A DNA stretch of 64,000 nt from contig MU004198.1 of the NCBI GenBank assembly GCA_010093605.1, positions 250,726 through 314,725 on the forward strand, written 5' to 3'. The notes below the pieces were generated by a model. The model saw only the letters and a program-made list of their open reading frames with translations. It did not search any database and was not told where the DNA came from. Within the stretch, counting starts at the first letter, position 1; every line of letters starts with the position of its first letter. A program made the translations under genes and the position numbers. Shown one piece after another: positions 24,217-34,291 of this stretch. The DNA is from Lophium mytilinum. Its lineage: Eukaryota.

Positions 24217-25668
24217 ATGTGGCCCCCGAGGCCTGCCTTGCCTTCGTATGCGTCCTCCTCAGCCAATCTGGCCCATTTAGCTGCGGAGAGGCCGACGAGT
24301 GAACTTGAGACGCAATTGGAAGCCGATTCTGTGGATAGTGAGCCGCCTGCTAGGCCTGCTCTAGTTCCTTATACGTCTTCATCGCCCAGCTTGACCAATG
24401 CCATTCCAGCAGTTGTGGAACCCATTACGAACCAACCTGCGACCCAACCCGTATCCGATTCTAATCCTACCGTGCCATCTGCTCGAGCTCGTCGGTGGGC
24501 TTCTTCGTCCGACGGCACGTGTGACTTCATGGTAGCCGCGGGAGGTACGCCAGATCAACCACTATCAACACCAATAGCCATCCGAGACGAACCCCTAGAC
24601 CCCTCAACCATCAAGCCCACTCAACCTTCCCCAGAAGCACTCGAACCCCGTGTTCCCATTCCACGCGTCTCCCCACCACGTATAGCCATCCTGGCATCCT
24701 CCGACCCACCCACCGCGACTCCAACGCCCTTAGAGCCTCTCGCACCCACCAAAGCCACCGCCCCAACATCCATCAACGCTGCGCCGGACACCTCCACCCG
24801 CGAGACTCCTACTCCGCCAGCACCTCCAATCCCTAGCTCGCTCCAAGCCCTCTGGACGACTCTCACCGGCGATCAACGCATCCGCCTAATAACCGCCTGG
24901 CTCGAAATGGCGCCGACGCCGCAACAACGCGGCATCTTCCGTGCCCTCCTAACAAACCACATGGACCAAACCACCCAGCTATCCTTCGCCTACATGACCG
25001 TCGCATCCATCGAAGCACTCGACACCACTACCGTACCCTTCCCCCAACTTCCCCCTCAACCTCACCCAGGAACCCCCTTCTACCCCCAATCCCCCGATCT
25101 CGTTGACACAACTATGCTCGACGTCTTCACCACTTCTCCTAGCGCCACCGCCACAGCCACCGCTACCTCTGACACAACTTCAACCATCCCACTTGGCACG
25201 CGCCCCTACCGCTCCCGCTCCCGTTCCCGCTCGCACCCCCCTTACCCCCTGCTCTCGCCCACTGCACCTAGCCAACGTTACGCGAGGTCGCACCCCCAGT
25301 CCCCGCCGTGGAAGGCATACCGCGTGCTGGGCATCTACCCGTCGCGGTCGCCGTTCGAACCCCTCCGCTCGGCGCGGGCAGAGCTACGGGAGGAGCCGGA
25401 GGGCGGGGGCTATTTTGACGGGGGAACTTCGAGCACGGGACTCGATCTAAAAGATGAGGCGGGGGCGTCTGGGGTCCGGCAGCGGAAGGTAAGAGCAGAG
25501 GAAGTGGTTGATAGCCCCTCGCGGCAGATCTATGAGGAGGTTGCGGCTGTGGCGAAGGCGGGGGATCAGAACGCGAGTCCGAGGAAGGAGGAGGAGTGGT
25601 CGAGTCCGGGGCCGATGATCTCGCTGAAATGGGGGGAAGTGGTGTGGGGGGGATTGGTGTGGTGGTGA
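24217..25668 (+). CDS. Hypothetical Pro/Thr/Ser-rich protein
   Basis: About 480-codon ORF, mostly low complexity with one possibly folded segment (LQALWTTL...SFAYMTV). The start codon is uncertain. Confidence 0.5.
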   Translation: MWPPRPALPSYASSSANLAHLAAERPTSELETQLEADSVDSEPPARPALVPYTSSSPSLTNAIPAVVEPITNQPATQPVSDSNPTVPSARARRWASSSDGTCDFMVAAGGTPDQPLSTPIAIRDEPLDPSTIKPTQPSPEALEPRVPIPRVSPPRIAILASSDPPTATPTPLEPLAPTKATAPTSINAAPDTSTRETPTPPAPPIPSSLQALWTTLTGDQRIRLITAWLEMAPTPQQRGIFRALLTNHMDQTTQLSFAYMTVASIEALDTTTVPFPQLPPQPHPGTPFYPQSPDLVDTTMLDVFTTSPSATATATATSDTTSTIPLGTRPYRSRSRSRSHPPYPLLSPTAPSQRYARSHPQSPPWKAYRVLGIYPSRSPFEPLRSARAELREEPEGGGYFDGGTSSTGLDLKDEAGASGVRQRKVRAEEVVDSPSRQIYEEVAAVAKAGDQNASPRKEEEWSSPGPMISLKWGEVVWGGLVWW

Positions 25669-26216
25669 GGTGGGAAGTGTGAAGTGTGATGGGTAGGAAC
25701 GTCTTGGACCGCACCCACACGCAGCACCCCCGGTTCCGGCCTTGACGTATCTTTCGGCGGATGTCCTTTGATGTCTCTCATATTCCTAGCGGTGTAGTTC
25801 CTTACCCCCTTTACTCTCCACTCTAGCCTGCCCTACCTACCGCATCTTCCTGCGTTAGTAATTAATCGACGCAAACACGATAAGCCTATCACATAAATTA
25901 ATCAATTTCTCACCCACAAGCGCTGCCACGTTTCTCAAAATAGTCGATCGCAAGCATATTGACAATTAGATGTGATTGCTAGATCAGCGAATTCCTCGCG
26001 ATACATAGGGGTATTATTTGATAATGAGGATGAGGAGGGCATCAGGTCGTGGGGAACGTGGGCCTCGTGATTTGCTTGTTTCTTTTCTCTTCTTTTGGTA
26101 CAGCCGTGAGGATGGCAGGAGGTCCTAGAGCAGGGCCGGAGGAGAGCGAGTTTGGCTCAATCCTCCGCGAACGGGATGGGCGGGTGCTGTGTGAATTAGG
26201 CGCGGCGAGGAGGAGA

Positions 26217-27578
26217 CTATTCGGGTTTTCGGCCGTATACGAAACGTCTGGAAAGGCAAAGTCAGTACGTATTCCTAGAGAAGGTCGCGGAAGAGGTCTA
26301 CGAGAGGGGGAGGCAAACTCACATGCTCCAATACGCATGAATATCGCGATTCATAACATCCTTCCGCGCCTCGGCGACCAACACCTGCACCTCCTCCTTC
26401 TCCCATCCGAGTATCCGCGTCAGCGGCGCCATAGCCAGCGCCTCGAGTGCCTCGACCGTGTTCTCGCGGCTCCACAGCCCCATCAGCTTCATCTTTTCGT
26501 CCTTAGGCCATGTGTTGATCGGCCACTTGTACGTCTCATCCGTGACATCGACGAATCCGGCGTCTATCATCCGCCGCTTGTGCAGCGGCGCCTCGACCAT
26601 GGAGCGGCCGATCTTCTCGACCGCCTCGCAGGTCAGGTTCCACCAGCGCGCGAGGCTGCACGAGGGCGGGTCGAGGGTGAAGCTGTCGTCGTCGCACTTC
26701 AGCGTCCACACGTCCTGGTTCTCCAACCACCCACCCGGGCGCAGGTTCGCGAAGGCGGCGGCGAAGAACTTGGGCCAGTCGGCCAGGCTGGCGACCATCA
26801 TGCGGCTGTGAATCAGGTCGAAGGGGTGGCGGTAGTGCCAGGTCTCTTCACAGTCGTCGATTAGGAAGGTGAGGTTGGGGGGAACGTCGGTGGGTTGGAT
26901 GGGGGAGAGGTCGATGCCGATAACTTCGCAGCCTGGGTGCGCGTCGGCGAAGTCCATGGCCCAGATTCCTGTGCCCGTGCCGACGTCGAGGCAGTGGAGG
27001 GGGTTTTGGAGGGGGGAGACGTAGAGGGCGCCGCTGATGGTCATGGAGAAGAGCATGTTTTGTAGGTCGAGGCGGTCCATTTCTGAGTCGTCGTTGGGGA
27101 GGATGTATTCTGTGGAGGGGGGTAGAGTCAGTCGCGAGGTCTGATTTGAGGTGTGGGAAGCTGTTCGGGGTACGCACTCCCATCTCGATATGAATGATAC
27201 GTCCGCCCATTCTCTTCGCGGAAATGTTGTATACTTGACGTCAACGACGCGGTCCACGTCGAGCTGTTTCTGCAGGCGAATTGTTAGATGGATCGCACAC
27301 GTTGTCCCTGGTGTGCAGTCTCGACTCACACTGAACCGGCATATGCGGAGTCGTTGTCGGAGCCTGTCTGGAGCACGCACGGCATTAGTTTGCTGCGTCT
27401 TCTTCGTATAACGTGGACAGTCTCTCACATCCAATTCGATGTCCTGGTTGTGCTCGATATCCGTGCCGTCGGTGTGGACGTCGTCATCCGGCGTGTCACC
27501 GGCGTCGTGCGGTGGTGGATCGAGCGCGGAGTTTGGATTCGCAGTGCCGTCGCCGCGGGAGGAGGACGACGACGCCAT
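26217..27578 (-). CDS. LaeA-like SAM-dependent methyltransferase (several introns)
   Basis: YILPNDDSEMDRLDLQ, SAM motif CLDVGTGTGIWAMDFAD, GIDLSPIQP, FDLIHSR and LRPGGWLE. The terminal exon RFVYGRKPE* follows an intron. Confidence 0.92.
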
Positions 27579-28410
27579 GGGGATTGATTGCGTGCAGTAC
27601 GCACTGCAGCTTTCGTGTGGTGGTCGTAGTAGTGTGGTTAGGGCGGATGAGGCTACTGCCGCGCGGGTGAAAGAAGAGAGGAAAAAGGTGAGTGGCAGAT
27701 CGTATGGAAGAGGCGGAGAAGAAGAGCAGCGATTGATCAGGCCCTCGGTCCAGTCAGGCTGCGCGGTTCAGGTGTCGCGGTTCGTATGCCCTCTCGATGC
27801 GAACGGGAGGAACCGATGCTGCGAGTGTGCGGCGAAGTGACCAGGGACGGCCGGTGTGCCGCATAAGATAGCGCACGCAAAGCAACGCCCGGGCCTCTGA
27901 CGGGGAAGCGTGGTCCGGCCCGGCAAGCTTGCTGTCAGTGCCCGTGTGGGGTATTCCGCCCAAGCCAATTGGCTCGAGAGTCTTGGATGCACTGGGCCAA
28001 GGGCACTTGTGCACCGCGTTCCCGAGTCAGCTAGGGCGCTGTCCACTAAGAGGCCGGCATCCCGAGCGACCCTGGCAAAGCGTGGGCTTGGGAGAAGCCG
28101 GTGGCCGGCTCGGCAGTGCATGGCGCTATCAGGCATTGATATTGACCCTAACCCAGCCGCTCATAGCCCATATCCAAGCAGCGGGTTAGAACGCAGCTTA
28201 GCGGTCCTCGCAAGGCACCGTATTTATGGACCTCTTGCCGCCGTGTGGTGGGGGGCGAACGTGTTGGTTGCTGACAGCTTTGCTTTGCTGGGTCGCCGCA
28301 TAATTCCAACCATCTGGTCGGTCCCAGTCAATCCGCAAACTACTTCCTACCCCGACGGGACAAGAACCCTTGGAAACCACCTTTTCTTCTTTTTGCAATT
28401 GCGCCCAGCG

Positions 28411-30512
28411 ATGCCGCAAATTGGCCCCCTCAACGTCGCCTACTGGCACCTGGCGGCCGTCGTCGTCTTGGCGTATGTCGCGCGCTTGTACGGCCAGTAT
28501 CACCGTCTGAGACACTTCAAGGGCCCTGCGACGACGGGCTTCTCGGCCTGGTGGATGATTCTGGCTGTGAAGGGCAAGAAAGCACATTTGTCATATTCGG
28601 GAGTCAATGAGAAATATGGTAAGTAGCGCTATGTTGAGTTTGCTGCTTTTGTTGCTTTTTCTCAATTGCGTCTTATCATTGCCAGGTGGTGGTGAGAGAC
28701 CGCCGCGACGCTGCTGTGTAACGGCGACCAGCCGCTTTTCTTACCCTAATTTGTGTTTTTGTCTGCAGGATGCCGTAGAAGAGCGGCGGACCTGAAAGAG
28801 CTGGGGGAAGAGTGGTACAAAGACCCATTGCTGACCATGTTCGTACCCCACAGGCGCCCTCGCTCGTATTGGCCCCAACGACCTCCTCACCAGCTCCCCC
28901 GAGCTCTTATGGCGCATGAACAGCGTCCGATCTACCTACACGAAAGGTGGCTGGTACAACGGCTCCAGGATCCAGCCAGGCCGTGACAATGTGTTTAGTG
29001 GGATCGATGAGGACCGTCATACGAGTCGGAGGGCACAATTGGCTCCAGCTGTAGGTGTTTTCAAACCTCCTCTTTGGACACAAGAAACCCCTCTCTAGGT
29101 GGAAGAAGCCCACACTATGAGAATTTGAAGCAGAGAATCCATCGTTGAGTGATAAATCGGAAAAGAGTACAAAAGCTAACAAACAACCACCCACAGTACT
29201 CGGGCAAAGACATCCCCTCGCTCGAAGCCGAAATCGACGATCAGATCCACAACCTGCTGCACCTAATCCGGACCTCGTACCTCTCCACCCCAGGCCAATT
29301 CCGTCCCATGGACTTGGCCCGCAAAGCCCAGTTCTTCACACTCGACGTCATCACTAAGATTGCGTTTGGAGAAGCCTTTGGTGATCTGGAGAATGATAAA
29401 GATATGTACGAGTATATCAAGAGCACCGAGGACATGTTGCAAGTGATCATCATGGCTGCCACGATGCCGCTCATGAAGAGCATGTTCACGGTCGAGTGGA
29501 TTGGAAACCTGATGTTTCCGAGTGATAAGGACGGAGTCGGGATCGGGAAACTGATTGGGTGAGTACCTTTCATGTCAGTTTAAACTATCTGCGCCGCAGC
29601 CACGCAGACGTCAGAGTCCGCTCAGGCACTCGTCAAGCTCTCGATGCGTCTATCCAATGGCGAGATTGGTAGCCCTATTCCTGCTAGCTGTAACTGACGA
29701 TGTTACAGTATCGCCAAAGACCTCATCTCCCGCCGCTTCGGCCCCAAACCCATCCACCGCCAAGACATGCTCGACTCCTTCATGCGCCACGGCCTCAAGC
29801 AAGACGAGCTCGTCTCCGAGTCGCTGATCCAAATCCTCGCCGGCTCCGACACTTCCGCCACCACCATCCGCGCGACGATGCTGTATCTCATGTCCCACCC
29901 CCGCGTCTACCGCAAGCTCCAAGACGAAATCGACGCCGCCGTCCGCGCGCGCAAATCTGCCCAACCCATCATCACTGCCACCGAAGCCGCCGAGCTACCC
30001 TACCTGCAGGCCGTAATCAAAGAGGGCATGCGCATCTGGCCCGCCGTCACGGGTTTGCTGACGAAAGTCACGCCGCCAGAGGGCGATACCGTCGAGATCG
30101 ATGGCGAGACGGTGTATATCCCCGGTAACACGAATGTAGGGTATGACGCGTGGGCTGTGCATCACAGCAAGGAAGTGTTCGGACAGGACGCGAATCTGTT
30201 CCGGCCTGAGCGGTGGCTGGAGAAGGAGGGGGAGGAATTGAGCAGAATGCAGCGGACCGCGGAGCTGATTTGGGGATGGGGGAAGTATCAGTGCCTGGGG
30301 AGGCCAATTGCGACTATTGAGTTGAATAAGGTTTTTTTTGAGGTGAGTGCTTGCTTTGAGAGATGGGGGAGTTTGTGGCTAATAGATGGCAGCTTCTCCG
30401 CAACTTTGACTTCTCAGTCGTCGATCCGACGAAGCCGTGGAAGAGCGCGAATGTGGGACTGTGGATGCAGTCGGAGTTGTGGGTTGAGGTTACGGAGAGG
30501 AAAGCATCCTAG
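28411..30512 (+). CDS. Cytochrome P450 (pisatin-demethylase/CYP57-clan-like; 4 introns)
   Basis: N-terminal TM anchor, ARIGPNDL, I-helix AGSDT, K-helix EGMR, PERW, and heme motif WGWGKYQCLG. The last exon ends TERKAS*. Confidence 0.93.
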
Positions 30513-30829
30513 GGGCGAAGTGGGTGGTGGGTGGGTGGGTGGATGGCGGGAGACGGCATTGTAGATGTGAGCGTTCTTGTCGGTCGAAGCGGTAGCCTTC
30601 ATCAGCATGTAGATGTGAGCGTTTCGTTCCGCTAGTTCCATCCGAAATGTTATGACTGTAATGCTCTTGAAATGATTCAACAAAGTGACGGGTTATAGCT
30701 CTCTTGTGCGGCGTGCTCTCCCTGCGATTAATTGCGGGATTGAACTCGGTGGCTGGTTCTTTGAAGTTTCCTCTGCTCGGCATCCAATTCTTCACCGCTT
30801 GCATCGTTAGAGGTGGTGTAGTAGGATTA

Positions 30830-31060
30830 GATAGGCGCAGGCATATACTATAGAGGCTGTTGTCTTGTTTGAGCTTACCGCGCAGGCAGCTAGGGATACC
30901 ACCTCTGCTATACCACGTCAACCTCCTCTTAGTACTACTAAATAAGAAAGTTAAGATAGAAAGTAGCACCTATAAGTAATAATAAGACACCCTTCTATTC
31001 TATCTAGAGTAGAGTAAAAAGAATATCTAAGGAGCAAAACACCACCCTCATTAGAGGGTG
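30830..31060. repeat. Short AT-rich relic with a RIP-type dinucleotide signature
   Basis: A hand count over 30921-31030 gives about 20 TpA versus about 2 CpA and no TpG, in an otherwise GC-balanced neighbourhood. Confidence 0.6.
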
Positions 31061-31264
31061 TAGCCACCTCGGAGAGGTTTCTTTAGATCCATCCTGGAAT
31101 TCCGGAGCCCGCAATTCTTCAATCCATCGAATCTTCACCGGCCACTCTCAGCCTCACGCACCAACTGCATACAGCCTCTTTACCGGCTTCCAAGCCTCTC
31201 ATGCCGCCTCCGAGCCGGTTCCCAAAGGAAATCAGCTTTTAACACCATAAGTCGAGTCGAGAAT

Positions 31265-31418
31265 CGCCGACTGCTAGGGTCGAACGCCAGACCAACTTCT
31301 AAACTCAGGTGAGGAGTGTCGGCGGTGGGTAGAACCCACCTCGCGAGGTGCGATGCCTGGAATCCGGCCGCGGGCTTACACTCGGTGTGGCCGACTTTAC
31401 CAACTGAGCCACAGGACC
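31265..31418 (-). other. tRNA-like Pol III element (degenerate intron-containing tRNA pseudogene or tRNA-derived SINE head)
   Basis: The minus strand begins GGTCCTG-TGGCTCAGTTGG-TA (tRNA 5' end plus consensus A box, 31411-31400). B box GTTCGACCC at 31285-31277. The T-stem and acceptor 3' strand pair poorly. Confidence 0.5.
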
Positions 31419-31557
31419 TGCGAAAATTAGTTGGGAGTTTACCGAAATATACGAAATATATAGATAGGCTCGGGAGAGGTCACGCTTATAACGTCGCACT
31501 CATGAAACAATACAGAGATAGAAAACAGCATATGGATAGAACTACCTACGACTTAAC

Positions 31558-32515
31558 TCACGCCTTGCCCGCCGAATAACACACATCAAACTGCCACTCC
31601 ATCAGCTTCACCACCTTCTCCACCCCCTCCTCCATCAGCGTCGTCAAGCCCAACGTACTCGCCTTCTCCTTCAAATGCACCAAATAGTCATCCAACACCA
31701 GCTTATTTACATTGATCTTGCTCACGCCGAGCTGGATGCACCGCCGCATCGTAACCTCATCAAAATCATTCGTCCCATGCAACACAATCCGCACCCTCCC
31801 CGCCGCGAACTTCGCAATCGCCTCCAGCCGCGGATAATCCAACCGCGGCCCCCTTGCCCCATACTCCCCATGGACATTCCCAAACGCCGGCGCGAGAAAA
31901 TCCACCCCCGTCGCCATAAACTCCCCCGCCTCCTCCGGCGTCGTCAGCATGCCCTCCAAATCCGCCGTATCCGCGATGCCATCTTCACCCCCTTCGATGC
32001 GCCCGGGCTCGGCCTCCGTCGCGATCCCCCGCTCGTGGCAGTATGTCACGAGGGCTTTGGTCTTGGCGAGGTTCTCGGCTTTCTCGTAGTGCGACATGTC
32101 GACCATGATGGAGTCGAAGGGGAGGGTGTCGGCGGCGAGGCGGATGAGCGCTTCGTCCTGCGCGTGGTCGAGGTGGATGGCGATGGGGACGGTGGCGCGC
32201 GAGGCGGCGTCGGCGGCGGCGCGCACGAGGAGGCCGGCGGAGAAGGTGATGGCCCAGGGGAAGACTTGGAGGATTAGGGGGGAGCGGGCGTGTTCGGCGG
32301 CGCGGATGCAGCCGATTATGTGCTCGATGTTGTAGCTGGAGGGGGGTTAGCTGGGGAGGTCTTATAGCTTCTTTGCGAAGAGGAAGAGGAGGAAGGAGAG
32401 GTGTGGTAAGTGAAGAAGGAAAGAGGGCATACACAATGGCAGCGATTACCCCATAACCCCCCTCTTCCGCATCTTTCAAGATTTTCACGGTTTTGTTATC
32501 TTTGAGGTCTTTCAT
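31558..32515 (-). CDS. Class II ketose-bisphosphate aldolase (GatY/KbaY/IolJ-like type, not housekeeping FBA1; 1 intron)
   Basis: Zn-binding and catalytic motifs IHLDH, DSIMVDMSH, EAEPGRIEGGEDG, AFGNVHG, VLHGT and KINVN; about 290 aa. Confidence 0.93.
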
Positions 32516-32648
32516 GATTCCAATTTGTCAAGAACAGAGGACGGACAAAGAAGCTCCAAATTGGAGAGGTAGGGTATACCAACCCCTCTCCAGCGGCGTC
32601 CCATGGCGGTTAATAGCATCTCAGCACGCGTTGTGGTGTTAGGTCGTT

Positions 32649-32657
32649 AGCTCGGAG
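32649..32657 (+). promoter_or_regulatory. Candidate Zn2Cys6 binding site AGCTCGGAG in the aldolase/SDR bidirectional promoter
   Basis: The same 9-mer occurs at 37187-37195 in the TF/kinase promoter, and CTCGGAG occurs on the minus strand at 43019-43025 in the MFS/SDR promoter. Confidence 0.35.
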
Positions 32658-33033
32658 GGAAATCCGGCGAGGGATGATGCATGCCAAGCGGTCTCCACAT
32701 CCCACAAAAAGCGGGTTGACCTCGTGTCGAGTCTCCTTCATCCACGACCCGCTACTAACACCCAATGGATCTGTACCATACGCGCTATCCCCGCAGTCCC
32801 TGGGGCCCTGAGGGTGGGAAAGGTGGGTTGCCAATTGCGGGCGTGATTGAGGGGCAGAGGCGGGATGTGCCAGTAAACTGATACCAGGGAACGAGGAGTA
32901 TTAGAAACTCGAATAGACATACATTTATCCTTACGAGTCCTGTTCCTTACATCTGTTCCGCTTCGTATAACTCTCACGACTCTCATATTTCTCTCATCTC
33001 TCACATCTCTCACATCTCTCCCATATCTCCACC

Positions 33034-34105
33034 ATGTCCAAAGAAGTCATCACCCCCCAAAAGAAAATCACCCTCGAGGGCAAGATAATCGCCAGTACGC
33101 CGCCCCCTTCTTACTCAACTCAACCTCGACCCCAAATCTCCTCCCCAAACCCACCTTCTCCCCTCCCCCACCTCCTCACCTCCTAACCTTCCCCCCAAGT
33201 CACCGGCGCCAACCGCGGCATCGGCCTCGGCATCGCCGACTGCTGCCTCACCAACGGCGCCGCCCGCCTCTACAGCCTCGACCTCGCCTCCCCCTCCCCA
33301 GACTCCGATTTCACGGCTCTCGCGAAGCGGTTCCCGGGCCAACTCTTCGCCCTCACCGCCGACGTGACCAACGAAGCCTCCGTGACGGCCGCCGTGGACC
33401 AGATCATCCAGGAAGCGGGCGCGATCCATGGCATGGTGGTGAATGCGGGCCGCACGCTGCATAAGGCGGCGCTGGACTTCACGACGGCGGAGATTGAGGG
33501 GTTGTGGAATGTGAATGTGCGTGAATGCCTGGATCTGAGAAAAGGAGGGGGAGGGGGAGGGGTTAAGGGAAGTGCTAATGCGGTTCGGTGTAGTTATTCG
33601 GCTCCTTCTACTGCGCACGCGTTGCCGCGCGGGCGTTTATAAAGCTGAACATCAAGGGCTCGATCGTATTCACGGCATCCATGGCGTCGTACCGGCCTAA
33701 CAAGGTACGTCTCCCTTCCCCTTCCCTTAACCCCCTTTCCACCCCTCTCTCTCCTACCCCCTCCCCTCGCCCCCCTTTTTTGCTCACCGGACCCAGCGCG
33801 TCCCCTCCGCCCCCTACGGCGCCAGCAAAGCCGGCATCCGCAACATGACGCACACGCTCGCGATGGAATGGGCCGCGCACAACATCCGCGTCAACTCCGT
33901 CTCCCCAGGCCTCGTCAACACCGCCATGACGTACTGGGTGCCACAGCAGCCGGATTGGGAGAAGCAGTTAGAGTACTATGGGGGCATGCCGAGGCTGGCG
34001 GAGGTGGAGGAGCTGGGCGGCGCGTATGTGTATTTGTTGAGTGATGCGGCGAGCTATACGACGAGTATTGATATTCCGGTGAATGGGGTGATTGGGATTT
34101 GTTAG
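33034..34105 (+). CDS. Short-chain dehydrogenase/reductase (polyol/sugar dehydrogenase-like), paralog 1 (3 introns)
   Basis: TGANRGIG, Asp after beta2 (YSLD), NAG, catalytic S..YGASK and IRVNSVSPG. Confidence 0.93.
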
Positions 34106-34291
34106 GTGGGAAGCGAGAGTTGAGCGAGGTTTTGAGCAGTTTCGAGATATGAAAAGTGTGTTCTGGCCGTCTTTGTGCAGTCGAACATAGGGGAAGTCTG
34201 TTCAGAAGCAATCAATGTTCTGTGATTATTCAGCAAAGGTATGGTATCTATCCATGAACGCCCCTTTTCCAACCACCCCCCCCTTTCTTGA

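Noticed and set aside
30560..30623. 16-nt direct repeat TGTAGATGTGAGCGTT (two copies, 32-nt spacer)
   Set aside because: Only two copies, in the 3' region of a eukaryotic gene; not a CRISPR array and no element lies between them.
32985..33030. Short (ACATCTCTC)n-like repeat upstream of SDR1
   Set aside because: About three imperfect copies in a CT-rich 5' leader, which is ordinary for fungal promoters.
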